From positions 620,001 through 684,000 of the forward strand of contig JAQGDQ010000067.1 in NCBI GenBank assembly GCA_030141605.1: a stretch of DNA of 64,000 nucleotides, in the 5' to 3' direction. The translations under genes and the position numbers were made by a program. Below, piece after piece: positions 12,101-27,100 of the stretch; position 1 is the first letter of the stretch, and each line of letters opens with the position of its first letter. The notes beneath the pieces were generated by a model. That model was not told the origin of the DNA. It saw nothing but the letters and a program-made list of their open reading frames with translations, and ran no database searches. The stretch comes from Tubiluchus corallicola (taxonomy: Eukaryota > Animalia > Priapulida).

Positions 12101-15100
12101 GACGAGTGAGCTGGCGAGCCATTGAGTGACAGATGAATGACAAATGAGATGACGAGCCAGTGAGTGACAGATGAATGACGAGTGAACTGGCAAGCCAGTG
12201 AGTGACAGATGAATGACGAGTGAACTGGCAAGCCAGTGAGTGACAGATGAATGACGAGTGAACTGGCAAGCCAGTGAGTGACAGATGAATGATGTGTGAG
12301 CTGGCAAGCCAGTGAGTGACAGATGAATGATGTGTGAGCTAGCGAGCCAGAGAGTGACAAATGAATGAGAGTAAGCTGGTGAGCCAGTGAGTAAATGTGC
12401 ATTAAAAAGACTAAGTAGACAAATGAGATCGAGAGAAATAGCATAGTAATCGAGGTATTTAGCTGGCTGATTTGCTTCTGTCTTTCTCAGTTACAGTTAG
12501 TGTATTACCAATATGGGAGTACCAGCGTGACAGGCCTCATAAAAATAAACATTTTCTCACCGCCATTTTATAATAAATTTGTTAAGAATATTCATCAATG
12601 CAAAAAATATTGTAAAAATACTTATGCGTCAGGTGCAAAGTTAACACTACACGCATAGTGACATTAATATATAATAGATACAGATAATAGATACAAATCG
12701 TTTTATACTTACATTATACACATTTATCACAAGTACATTTTTGCACGTATTATGCAATAAAATTATATATTAGAATTATCAAGTAATGGCCGGGGATAAA
12801 TAATTATAGTTACTGTGCATATAAATATAGTCGTGTTTGTAGTATAAGGCTATTCAAATCTGTTTAAGCTGTGTTCTTTTAATTTTATTTTAAAGTTAAA
12901 TAAAATCTAATCTCTTTACATTATTTATAAACAAAAATTGATAAGCAGAAATTAAGTTTATATGCTACCCTTGTAAAATGGTAGCGTACTTTTCAGTGCT
13001 TTTTATTGGTTACTGAGTAATGGAGGACTTAAGTTTGAGCTGCAGTCCAAAGTTTGATTAGTTGTCAAAATACTTCCAAAGGTATTTGTCCAGTTAAGTT
13101 GAAATTTCGTAACATAATTAGGATAACTTTGGTTCAAAACAAAAAATTGTAACAATTTAGAAATCTCTTCGGTAATTAATAGATTAGAACAGTTTGACTC
13201 ATATTTTTTACTTCATTAACCCTATATTTATCATTGCGAAATCTCAACGCTTGGGTACAAAAACTACCATGATTTTTTTTTAAATTATCCATTTATTTTT
13301 TTCCGGAGTTTGTTATTCCACCAAGTGTGTTTTAGACCGCATAGTTGTGCATTGTTGGGATTATTCAAGTTTGCTTAAGGACATGTATACATCGATTTCT
13401 CTTGTTTTGTTTTAGCAAAAAGTGGCAGATCAAAAAACAGCAGTTTTGATGATGACACGTTACATATTAAAGGACAAATGATGTACATGGAAGATTGGGC
13501 AAGCATTATATTTCTGGGAACGCCAGTGTAAGAAAAATGTTTATGTGAATAATTGTGCAGCTTGTATCTGTCTGCAAGTACAAACTTCGTTGCCGTAAAG
13601 TACCTACATTGCACTTGTAATATACGTAAAATGTTCAAATTCGCTGTAGGCTTCACTCAATGTTATAATTCTTATTAGATAGCCGAGGGGTGGATTTTAT
13701 TAGTAAACCATATCTCCAAAAGCACAAAACAATTTATATGTACTCTGATGATCACTTGAACAATGTTATCTTGTTTTTTCTCACTTTAGAACTGTTTTTA
13801 CATTTTTAAGCTTTCGCCGAATTTACTTTCATTAGCAGCGAAACTTTGTTATGAATTTAGATTTAAAAGTTTATGGCAAAAGTGAAACGCAAACTCTGCG
13901 TACTGTATGCAGTACCACCTGCTTCTGGCTTTCGGCATTTCACAAAGAACACCGTTAAAGTTCATTATAACAATGCAGAGTTATTATGTAACAAAGCACA
14001 ATATTGATCATTATGTAAAAATTTTGCGTCATTACGTAACAATCATTATATGACCATTTTGCTTCATTATGTAAGAAATGATGCACTGTGTGACAAACTA
14101 ATGCAGTGTTGGTTTGTGAATAGGCAATGGTCTGGGTTGCTCTAATTACGGACTGGAACAGTTTCTTTCTGATCTAGATGTGAGTTTGGCTGCAGCTCAG
14201 TATGGTTTTTTTTATTGCTGGTCTGTCTGAAGTCTTGCCTGTAGCTGGTTTGTCTGGGATCTGCTCGTCAGAGGTCTTTGTTTATGGCTGGTATCTCTGT
14301 GGTTTTATCTTCACAGTTTGATGTGTCAGAGGTTTGGTCTGTGTCAAGTTTATTTGGCGTCTAGCCTTCAGAAATCTGATCTATCAGATTGGTCTGTCTG
14401 GGTTTTGGTCTGCCTGAGATATTATGTACATATCAGTGGTTTGGTCTGTGGTGATCTGTCAGGAGTCTGTCATTTTTGTCCTGGATGTATATTAATTTTG
14501 TATGTATGAAACATTGAGCTTACAATAATGACAAATCAAATCAAATCTGATCTTCAGAGCTCGGATCTGTCAGATGTCTGGTCTTTGGCATCTGTTTGGG
14601 TTCTGGTTTGTCTGATATACAATGTATTAGTGGACTTGTCTGTCTGGGGTTTTATCCTGAGATGTCAAACCTGGTCAGATGCAGACCAGACTTGTGAAGA
14701 CTAGACCCCACAGACCAGGCCTCTGAATAGGTCGTACCTCTGAAAACCAGACCTCAGTAGTAGGTACATACCAGACCAGTGATTATATCTCAGACAGAGC
14801 AAGTTGGCAGATCAGACTCCAAATAGACTAGCCACAGACCATACCGAGCTGCAACCGAACCCACATCTACAACAGAAACACACTGACCCAGTCCAATAAT
14901 TACAGCAAACACAGACGACGGCAAGGCCTATCCGCAGACTACGAACAACCTAAAAGTTTTTTATGTAATGCATCAGGTTTTGTTACACAATGATTGTTAA
15001 GTAATGACGCAAAATTTGTTACATATTACCGAATTTTGTGATTTGTCATATAGTGCTGCATTCTTACATAATAAGCCTTTTGTTATATAATGAATCTTAA

Positions 15101-18100
15101 CAAGCACTTCGAAATCAAGAGTCAATCTTAGTAAATTTTGATAAAGGTTTTTCAGAGAATAAAATTAATGACAGAAATTATCTTTTTCCCTTGAAATCCG
15201 TCTGTGAGGATGCGAAGTAAAAGTTAACTTCAAATAAAAGTATACAGTTTGGTACATTTTTGTTCTAAACACCAATGTTTTATTCGAAGTGACGTTAGAT
15301 TTTTTGCAGGCTTCAAGATTTGGATGCCATGTTACGTAAAGGGTTATACATCAACGATCTAAGTATGCATGACAGTAGTCGAGACCTTGTATTGGCTGGA
15401 ACGCAACAGTCTGCTGAACTTAAATTAGCACTTGATCAGGTTCTACACGGTGCTTTATTCATTTAATTATTTAAATTAAATAAATTCTACCAAGCTTCAA
15501 GTCCCTGCTAAAGTTAGCTCAGTTAACCGAAAGATTAGTCATCAGTATTTGCGTAATCTGATTAAAGTTGGATAAATTATATGTATGAAAGTCCAAATAT
15601 TACACAAAATAACGTTTAGTCCAACTTTAAAGATACATATACTACACAATAATAGGTTTTGTGAAGATTAGTCAGCGAATGAAGCACATTCACTGAAGGC
15701 TATAATAAATTCGCAAGTTAAGAACAATAATTAGTTTACACAAACATAGCGGTAACTAGTGAGGAGAATCACAAACGACGCACAGGCAATTGTACCGAAT
15801 CAAAAACGACGTACAGTGAGCAAAATCTCCAATACATTGCCTGCTTTTTTAGCAAACCATCGAGAAAACCTGGCTTGTTACCAAAATTATAAGATTTCTC
15901 AGTTAAACCTAGGATTTTTGTAAACTCGGGTTTTCTGAGCGAAGCCCAAGACGTCCATGATAAAAGCAAGTGATTTCCAAACAAAATCGCGATCTCACTA
16001 CCAAAAAGCTAGGTTTAAGTCACTTGCTTTAATGTTCTGCTGAAAAAACTAGGCATTTCTGATAATTGTACAATGGCTTGCAATGCACGGGCCCGCCAGA
16101 CACCTGGGAAAGTGAACTTCTCTTGTCGAGAATTTTATAAATATTGTGTTTATTATTAAAAATTATTAAAAGCCGTCGATCAGCTTCTTTGCTGAGTTTA
16201 ATTTAATTATTATAATGGGCATCAGAAAATTTCAAGTAGCCTTGTTTACAGGAACAACAAAAAAGTAAATCACTGGAAGAAAGCATGAAAAAATTAGATC
16301 AAGAAATGAAGAGAACAGACGAGCTACTTTATCAAATGATACCAAAGCAGGTTGCTGATCGTTTGAGAGCAGGAGAAACTTCAGTTAACACTTGTGAGGT
16401 AGGCAACGCAAAAAAGTAATTCGCGTCGCAGAAACAAAAATTATAAATAATAATTTCTGAAATCTTTGTAAAATCATATTAAGAGATAACTGAACTCATT
16501 CTTCGTGTTTCAGTTATGTTCTACCATGAACCGTTTTGCTACATTTAGGTGTGGAGCAGGCATAAAAGAGCCTGTTTTTCTATTTCAGGTTTTTTCTAAT
16601 GTGACGATACTATTTAGCGATGTGGTGGGTTTCACTTCCATATGCAGTAAAATTTCTCCGATGGAAGTAGTATCTATGCTGAATGGCATGTACACAAAAT
16701 TTGATCAATTGATTGAATTGCATAAAGTTTACAAGGTAGGAAATAAGGAAGGCACATTTCAAAGTGAGTATGAATCATTAACATGATTAACTGTATTAAT
16801 CATGCTGGTAAATTTAGATATTTTCTGGATAAATTTTTGTCCTAGAAAAATAATGTCAGTTTTCTTTCAACTCTTTGAATTCAGTACAACAAAAGGTAGG
16901 CTTATAGGCCAACATTAACAGCTGTAAGCATCCATCGAAACAAAGCCAAAGGGAAATGCATCGTACTTTGCAATAAAGCGGAAAGTAATAAACGTTATAC
17001 AACTGTAGTTCTTAAACGTAATCCACTTACTTGGTGTCAAAAAGTGGAACATCATGGTCATACCTTAAATTGCAAATTTACTGATGAATATGAAATGCTA
17101 AATGCATTGACATTACTAAATAAGCGCGATGACTTAGTTTATAAGCAAACATTTTAAGCAAGCCAGTGCTAAATGTAAACGATAATCTAATTAGAAAATA
17201 TAATGAAGATTTTAAAATGCATTGACGATAGAGAGTTTTAGTTTCTGAACAATAATGAAATGTAAAATACACTTAGGCACATCATTTCGATGTAACTTTT
17301 TATAAATAATGTATCATAAATGTCTGTTATAAATCGAGTCTGTTATGTCTGTTAGGTTGTTACTAACCTGTAATCACTTATTTACTTTTTATCTCTTGGT
17401 GCACTAACTTTTTTTATAATAATGATAATATTGATGTAAATATCGTATTGATCGAAAATAACTGATAATAGTAAACAGACTTATGATTACCATCAATTCT
17501 ATAGTAATTGCGTTTCAGGTAGAGACAATAGGTGATGCTTATATGGTAGTGGGAGGAGCCCCTCAGGTCACCAAATACCATGCTATTCTTATCTGCAATA
17601 TGGCACTGGACATGTGTGACGTCATCAATGAACTTAAGGATCCATCGTCAGGAGAAAGCTTGAAAATTCGCGTTGGTAAAAGTCGTTTATTAATTTAAAA
17701 AGTTGTGCTGAAAAGTCACAACTGTTCATCACCAAACGCACGTGTCGCTCAACCTATGTCGGAAACTAAGATACCTACGGGAAAGGGAAAGGGGGGGGGG
17801 CGGAGTGACATGGAAACATGGAATAGTACACTGCATCGTGCTGTTACTAAAAAAGGACTTAACTTCGACAAAAAGATTAGCAAATAACGGGTCTAATTAA
17901 AAGATATAAATTTCCTAACTAGAATATTTTTTTTTAATTTGGTTAATCAACAAGTCTTGCAGTAAAAATTAACTACTTGCATTAAAGAACCAAGTGAGCA
18001 GGTTTCAAGTTTTTATCTTTAGAAGTTTTCCTAGGCTATCGGTATTGATTTGCACATTTAGTCCATGAAACGCATTTATCAAATCCAGTCCTGCAGAATA

Positions 18101-21100
18101 ATTTTCGCAATCTGATTATGCAAACGATTCTGGCGTGGTCATTACTATTGACATTAAATGATATTTTATATGATTACTGGAGGACACGTTTTACTGCAAT
18201 CCTGCCCTTTCTACGTCACAATTTTAAGGCAACTCTAACAGCGCATCCAGAATTTTCGAATGCGAACATAATTTTCTATTTAAGTGCAGTCCTAACTTTG
18301 TCGTAGGTTTAGAGAACTAGGGGCCGGTTTCACAAAGTTTTTACAGAGCTAGCGACGTCGTTGTTACATTCATTAAACTACTATGCGTGGTTGGTCGTCG
18401 TCATTAGTATACTGAGTACTTTGTGAAACTGGGTCCAGATTAAATCAAAACGAATTTGTATGTGCTTATAATATAATATAATGTAATGTAATGTAATGTA
18501 ATGTAATGTAATGCAGTGTAGTGTAGTGTAGTGTAGTGTAGTGTAGTGTAGTGTAGTGTAGTGTAGTGTAGTGTAGTGTAGTGTAGTGTAGTGTAGTGTA
18601 ATGTAATGTAATGTATTCTATAAGATTATCGATCCTATATTAATTTTATAATCTATAATCTGTCAAATCTATCATAGCAAAGCGACATTTCAATGGCTGC
18701 TTATGGGAAATATGTTACTCCTTTCCGATAACGACCAGATATTTGGCGGGAGTCACTATTGGATACCCACCAACCAGGCTCAGATCAGTAAAACTTGCCG
18801 CAAAAACTATTGTATTAACCTGTTTGTGATCACTAGTCATGCTGTTAAGGGGTAAAAAAATTTACCGGTCTCTTAAACACAAGTCTGTAGGGATCCACTA
18901 CAGGGCTAAATCCAACCTGTTTCTAATAAGTTAAGTTCATAAATAAGTCGCACAACTTTTAGCATTGTCAATGTCTTTTTCTATTTTCAGGGATACATTC
19001 TGGAACTGTAGTAGCTGGAGTGGTGGGAATAAAAATGCCTAGATACTGTCTGTTTGGAGATACAGTAAACACGGCTTCACGTATGGAATCAAATGGAGAG
19101 GTACCGCCAAAAATCGGCGTTTTTTCATGGTCAAACTGATCATACTAGAAGTACATAGTACATGTGTTATTTCTCTTGAAAAGTAAACACATGCCATAAA
19201 TCTGCAGTTCTGGGTATTTTGTAGATGTGGGTCATGCAAACAATGTCTACATTACTCCATAGGATTGTAGTCTTGCTCTAACCGCTGAAGGAGAAGCAAG
19301 TACATATAATAGAAACTGCAAGTCCTGCATAAGCAGCATAGCTGCGTCGATTTTCGGGTCACTTGATGTATAGATCCTGAAATCACCACCGCCTCCACGA
19401 GTTACTGTTAGATTTCAGATTCGCCGGGCAAGTTTTGATTAGGCATGCATGACGAAGGTTTATATCTTACTTATAGACGTAAATTGGTTACACTGACTTT
19501 AGGCTCAGTCAGGCCCAACTCATTTATTAAAAAGAGTTTAATATTTGTATACATATAATAATGTGTATACAAATAATATATGTTACTGCACCTCAAGTTA
19601 AATTTTATACTCTCAACACTGACAAACTAGAATGGAAGCGCTAATGTGCTTGGATCCGACACTTGCTCAGGTGCAGGTTCATTGCTTCTGACCTTTCTGC
19701 CTCAGGGTGGATTACCAAAAAATAATTAAAATTGCTCAAGTTGTTTATCATTGTTTAGCATATTCTCGTTTTCATTATCTCATAAAGAGGGTTTTTAGCA
19801 CAATTAGCATTGTCTCCAAATAACAACCAGTTAATCGTCTCTTCCTCCGTATCACTTTGCCAACTTATCTCTTCTCTTTCTTGATCGTAAGCAGTGACAC
19901 AGTAATACGCGTTTCAAATCTTCAATACCATCGTTACAATAACAAACTCTTTGATTTTCATGAAATTTCCAACCCGGGATTTCCTAGAGTACCAATACTC
20001 GCTTTAACAAGTATCCTTGATTCTCAATTTCTAAATATCATCCATCCAGACTTCATATCATATTTGAGATTTATTCCTTACTATATTTAACGGCCGTGGA
20101 AGACCCACCTAGCTGATTTTTCCAAATCTGCATATCAGCATCAGTAACTTTCCTTTCTATGAAATTATTCCATCCTTGCTCTTGTCAAATTTATGTCTGT
20201 AATTTACTGGGATCTTCCTTTGAGAAACCTCCAAGCGCTAATATGTTACCATGAATTTCCAATACTAAAATGTTATTAATTTTTTATTTACCCATTTGAA
20301 CGAATTCTGCAACACACACCACAAAGCTTACAAACTTTTTGAATAATCTGTGTTCATTCATGAATATGATCCTGTTTAAAAACTTGAGTCGCAGTTTACT
20401 TCACTTTCCGTAAAAGAGGAAAAACCAGATTCACCCCTCACAGCTGGTCCACAATTTTTTTATCTTCCATAGCCAACGAGAAAAATGATCTTGCGTATGT
20501 TCATAAAAAATAACCTCTTTTTGGAAAACACTCTCCTAGCACAACCACGCATATTTATGGAACTATTACTGTTTTGCATCCAGTCCTACCAACTTCCCTT
20601 CGAGCATCTGGTGACATTGCCGTAAGCACCTACCGCTTTTCTTATATTAGGTATTTTCTCAGATGCTCGGTAAGTTTGGTACAGGCATTTTTGGTACAAG
20701 TAAATACGGTACAAGGTAAAAATGAAACGGGACAAGTTTGGTACTACGAAAATTTAGGACTCAGAAAGTTTGGTACTAGGAAAATTTGGTACAGAGAAAG
20801 TTTAGTACAAGGAAAGTTTGGTACTATGAAAATGCATTTTATATAACCTACTCGAACAAGTTATAAAGGTTTATATTGTTGCATTTTTTATTTTTTTCGC
20901 TTCCTCTTTTCGTTTTCTCTGTTGTTTGTTATTTGTCATTGTTGCTGTTGTTGTTTGTCTGTTTTTTGCTCGTTGTTTTGTGATGATTACCACCACCACC
21001 ACCACCATCATCATCATCATAATTATTGCTGTCATCATGTCACCATTATTGCTTTTGTCATTTTGTTGCTGCTGTTATTGTTGTTTTGTTATTGCCGATG

Positions 21101-24100
21101 TCATTGTTGTTGTTGCTGCTGCTGTTGTTGCTATTGTTGCACTTACTGATGTTGTTGCTATTTTTGTTGTACGTTAGTTCTTGCTTGCTGCTTTTGTTCT
21201 CCTCAGTATCGTCATCATCATGCTCGTCATTACTGTTGCTGTCGTTGTCACATTTGTTGTTTTGTTGCTGTTGTGATTGTTGCTGCTGCTGTTAACATTG
21301 TTAGCAATGAACATCATAATTATCATCGCCATCACCACTGTTACTGCTGTTGCTGTTGTGCCAATAAATAACGGTAGATGATTACAGTAAGTCATAGCAA
21401 TAATATTGTTGATGACAACGTTGCCGCTAGTGATAATGATAATAATGATGATGATGATGATAACAGTGATGATTATGGCAAAGATGAGTTGCATGGTGAG
21501 TTGGAGACCTTTCATTTTTTACTAAAAAAATTCTCAAATGTACCTATATGGACGGGATAATCACGGATAAAATTTTAGCTGCCACGCACTATTAATTACA
21601 GTATAATGTTTTATGACCTTTTTGATAAACCAGACTTTCCTAGTACCATATTTTCTCCGTACTGAATAAACAAATTCTCTCTTTTTCGTTTAGTACCAGA
21701 TTTTCCAGTACCAAACTTTCCTAGTACCAAATTTTCCCCGTACCGTATTTTCCTGGTAGCGAAACTTTCTCGCACCAAAATTACCCGTACCAAACTTTCC
21801 TACATTCATTGTCTCACAAAAACTGCTTTCGTTTTCTACTTCCCTGATCATGCCAAATATGTTTTTACTTGTAGATTAATCTCAAAACAAGCCAGGTTAA
21901 AAGTATTTCGATTAATAGCATTATCCCCTCGAAAGAGACTCACACTTTTTAGGACCAAACTGCCCATTTCTTGTTTGGCTTTCATGAGAAAATCATTGGA
22001 AGAGTTTGTTGTTGTCATGGTTCGGTTCTTCGTAAAAATTTAAAATACGCACTTTTCAGGTGGATCCATTTATACATTATGGTGCACAGTAAAAATGACA
22101 AGAAAAATGGCATAGATGGAAAGTAGGAAAAAATAGCACATAATTTATTATGTTATTTTGGTGCAATTGATTTCCATAATAAAACTAAAGTGTGCTCAGT
22201 AGCCGCTACAATTTCTGCCAAAGCCGAACAATTCTAAACGTATTCGTCTGATTTTTTTATTAAAAAACGTAAAACTAAGATAAACAAGCAAACATACAAA
22301 TATGTACCTGTATTGGTATAATGTACACTGGCAAAACACTCACAAAATGTTTTGTTCGTTAAATGGAATTATAATCCATAATTCACGAATATTTCACATA
22401 GTGTTTATCTACTTTTCTTTAACCATTAACTTTGACGATAGTAATAGACTGACATATATACGTGTTTAAGTCAGCTTATAAGGCTATAGGATATAAACAT
22501 CAATAAACAAAGGTTATAGACAGCGTTACACATTTTTTCCAAGCGACAATTTCTTGAAATTGAACCTGGAACAAATTCGTAGTTGTTTGTCCCGGAGGAG
22601 ATAATAAAGAAGAAGTAGTTAACGCTTCCTCTGAGAGCTCCACGAAGTGCTTGATGAATGTTTTTTGTATGTGGTATTCGGTCAGGTTTTGCGAAAAACG
22701 CCCATTTTGAAACCCTATACCCGCCTTTCTTCACAAAGTTTCGTGGAAATCTGTTAGCTAATTTTTGTGTAACAGGCTCACTGCTATAACAGACGCTTAC
22801 AACAACCAAACAACCGAACTGTGTTAAAGTATTACTTCCTTGGCAGAGGTAAAAATAACTAAAACACTCATCCCTCACAGTAACCTTAAACCTTAACTCA
22901 TATCTTATCATATTTTACTAAGTGTGCCATTTTTACCTACTTTCCATTTGTACTATTGGCAAGAGTTTATAATTCCCCACACAATTTACATAGCCTTACC
23001 CTAACATTAACCCTAACCCTAATCCTAATCCTATCCCTAACCCTAACCCTAACCTTAATCCCAATCCTGACCCTAATTTCCGTGCGGAGGAATTTGTAAA
23101 TCTTAGCCGTGCCGTTTTTCCAACGCTATATTATCTGTGCCTTTTTTACTTGCATTCATACATTATAATGAAAGAAACCTCAACAATGTATAGGGCAGAT
23201 CCATTTAACGGGCGTAATTCATTTAAGGAACGTACTCGAGCCGCAATGGGTAAGCGAAAAATCGGGGGCTCCGTTACGGTCTGGGCAATGGTCCATGGTA
23301 TCTTCATGCAAAATTTCCGCCTCCTACGATAAATTCTGTTGCCAGTGATAGCTTTTAGATAACGGTGAGTAACACCAACAACAACGTGACCAAACTTTAG
23401 AGACCCCCCAATACGTACCGGATCTAAAAACAGCAAAATCCTTGTCACTTGTCCGGTTGCAAAAATTGAGAGAATAAAACTTAATTTGAGTTTATTCTAT
23501 CCCTACTTTGTAAATTTTATCTTAACAATGGCAGTGACGGCGATAGTGATGATGACGACAACGGCAAGATGGTAGGACATTGTAATAATGATTATGATGT
23601 ACACATTATAATGAACATCTCTGTAATTACAAAGCTGTTTGCAACATAAATAAAAGCTCGCCATGCTCCACGGGGAAGCTATTACAAAATGTTTAATGCA
23701 TCTTCAGTCCCTCTCTTAGTAGCCTGCACCGTAGAGATGACTATTATAATTATTTCCGTTTATAAAGGCATTTCCTTTGAGTGCGTGTATGTGAGCTATA
23801 TAATGACGCACGTGTGGCAGTGACCATAACACTTTGCTAAATACCACCTATAGACAGTAGTTACATTAGTAATCCATTAGCAAAATTACTCATCATGAAG
23901 TATAATGTATTTACTTGTGCAAGTAAGATATCTATACTGTAATTTAGCATAGGAAAATGAGATGCGCGCATCTACTTGACCGATGCAGATAATTATTTCG
24001 CAGCGATTCGTTACGAAATTGTAAGGCAATTTATTAAGCAGATGCACGTAATTATTATTGGAATATTAGTTGAACTACAGTACAGAGTTTAAGCTTTCAT

Positions 24101-27100
24101 TTAGGCAAATCACACGTAAGAACCTTTTTTCATACAAATCGCCTCAAATAAGTGCAATACTACTCGAGATAAGTGGCTGAAGTCTAGAGAAATAGGTATA
24201 GCTAAATTTATTAATGATTCTTCAATCGAGCGAGGTTGTAGTTTTCAGGGAAATCATTGTGTGATACAGAATTCCATAGATAAAAAGCTCGAGGGAAAAA
24301 CTGAAGTTATAAGCAATTGTTCTGCTTTTAAAATGCAATTTATGTGCTGCTGCGAAAAAGCATCTGCGAAAAATGGCTTGCTTGAAAAAGATTGGCAATC
24401 TAGCTTTACAGGTCAGCTCCAGTATCTACGTATCCTGGCACAAATTTAAGTTCAAGTTTAAGTTTATTGCTGTAGAATGCATCCATACGTACTATACCGA
24501 ACTTACACTAGTAAATAATAAAAAATGATTTAAAAGTATGCTTCTGATCAATAAAATAAACCATTTTCATGGTTCAAATAAAACACTTAATTATGGCTGC
24601 GAAATTACGAGACTTATAAGGCGAAATTTACTAAAATAATTAAGATGTTCTTATAGTGAACAAATAAAAATGTACAATAAATATAATTAAGCATTATATA
24701 AAAATATTACAGTATAATTTTTATCTTCTTTCTAAAACTCAGCAGCGATTTAGTTTCTTTAATAACATTGAAAGTTATTCCACAAAACAATTTCACATCA
24801 AGATAATTATTATATACACTAATTATGGTTCTTTATATGCAAGAGCTATTTGTTGATTTGGAACTATTATGTTAATTTGCAGGCAATGAAGATTCACATA
24901 AGTGAAAGTACGAAAATTGAAATAGAAGGAATACCAAAATACAAAATCACAGAAAGAAAGACAACAGTGGAAGTAAAAGCAAGTAGCGTCATATTTTTAT
25001 CATTATTTAGATCCTGGAACATGTGAGGTGATAATATTGCCAAAAAATATATTAATTTAGTACCATTTGTAACATACATACGGCAAAAGTCTAGAACCTG
25101 TTTGTCATCAAAAAGCAGGCGTGAAAAGATACTATAGATTAACGTGAATTAAGGAAAACTTGTAATTACTACTGCAAACTGTTCAAAAATAGGAAAAACT
25201 CTACACTTCTATTTGATAAGATGCAAGATATAATTTTGCTGTACAACACTGGCATAAGACTTCTATTGCACGATTGTTCTGAACAGTCGGTGTAGCAACT
25301 CAAGTTAAAGGGGGGGGGGTATCCGTTATTTAATTCGGTTAAGTATACTTGGCGCTGCTAATTTGGTAGAAACAGTAATTGACGTCTAACATAATGTCAA
25401 TCATTTTCGTTGACTGCCCAATCAGCGTGCAAGTTATTTCACTCACCCCTGCAGCAGGTACGTTCGGGACATTTAGCTACAGCTCCGTCTAACACTGTTA
25501 TGAAAAATGCTCAACTTTCCATTAGTTAGCGAGAGAAATATTTGCCTAGTTCTGAAAATATATAATCTAGTTTCATTTATAGGAAGAAATTCACAACGCT
25601 TACGTCTATGATTAGACATTAGTTGTGACTGTCATGTTGTTTAGTTTAAGTTAGACAGTTGTTGTCCAGGGTGAGCTGTTGTCCCGAATGCCGCTGAGAG
25701 TGCTTACCTTGCAGCGGGGGCGGAGCGATAGACCAATATGTTTGACGTCAATTCAGGCACTTCCATTAATACGCCAATGTCTATTGAGCTCAATTTATGG
25801 TGTATACTTCCACTGCTGCAGTTAAAATGAAAAATTTTTGTTCTTTGTGTATACAGTATTCACCTGGAGTGTGAATCTAATGTTAGACAAAACTTGATAG
25901 GCTGTGACTTCAAATTTACATATATACACCCCTATAGTCCAGTTATTCCGGGGTGAACCTTGCATCTTCCGTGTAAATTTTTTCTCAGTGGTTTTCTAGT
26001 GTTCTGGTGGTCCTCTTAAAGCACAAGAAAACCCTCCATATACATAAAGCTTTAAGGTGAAAACATTTTAAATAAATAAAAAAAAAAATTTTCTAGTTAC
26101 ATAAGTCTTTCAATAGGTAAGCTAAAAGCTAGGTATTATAGAATTCCATGGAAAGTCTTTCGGGACATAATTTAACATTGCCTTTTTTCTCCTGATTTAC
26201 ATTGCGCGTAGGTGACGTCATGTAATGACGCCGCCGGAACAGTATTGCGGGAGATTTAAAATAAAAACAAACAAAAAATCCTTTCAACGCGAGTACGATA
26301 TGCGCATAAAATTGCTGTAAAGTAATGAGATTTTCTAAGGCAATTTTTCTGAATCCTGCTTCAGGTACCCCTTTTCTTGTCCTTTGAAGAATATTAAGGG
26401 TGGCCCGGTGCCAAGTGAGCAGTTTGAAATAATACAGAAAAAAGCGTTGCACTAGAGAAGTGCGTATCATAACAAACCAAAGTGCATGGTCGTGCAAATG
26501 AAAACACTATAAGTAAACTAAAATTAACATTTTTAACTTAAAGGACATTAAAGTAAATAAAAAATGATTGTGTTTTTATGTACTCCACGGAAAATTGTGT
26601 TACGAATCACACCAAGATAATCTAATTAGGACATAGTCCTTTTTTCTATATGGTTCACGTGTTAGTCCTTTCTTAATCCACTGAGAACTTAATATTTCAT
26701 CACTTATTCAAATTGCTAGATAATAGTTTCTTTATCCAGGTTATTTGATTACTCCCATAACTTAGTTACTGCTTTCATACAGTCCAAATCCTCGTTTTAG
26801 CTTTGTCAGATTTACATATTTGTTCGTTATTACCGAGAGCCTTCATACGCATGGACAGGCTGAGAAATGGCCACCCTTCATATTCATAAACGGAACCATC
26901 AGAACATGAGAAAACTGCTGGAAAGCGCAAGATTCAGCCAAAAATAAGTCAAATTAGCCCCCCCCAAACGTATGATCTAGAAAGAAATAGTACAATAATG
27001 ATAATGACATCCAAAAGTCGTCCAAGATAAAATAATCAAAATTCCCTGAAATCCACTTTGGGGGGAAAAGTAATGGGACTTTAAATTCAAAATGACCACC

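Noticed and set aside
11906-12444. Three overlapping minus-strand ORFs and a regularly spaced repeat that might suggest CRISPR
   Set aside because: Head-to-tail 38-bp minisatellite without unique spacers, in a eukaryotic intron with no cas genes.
20922-21560. Poly-His/Cys/Leu/Ile ORFs (also 63132-63734)
   Set aside because: Trinucleotide low-complexity core of the foldback elements.
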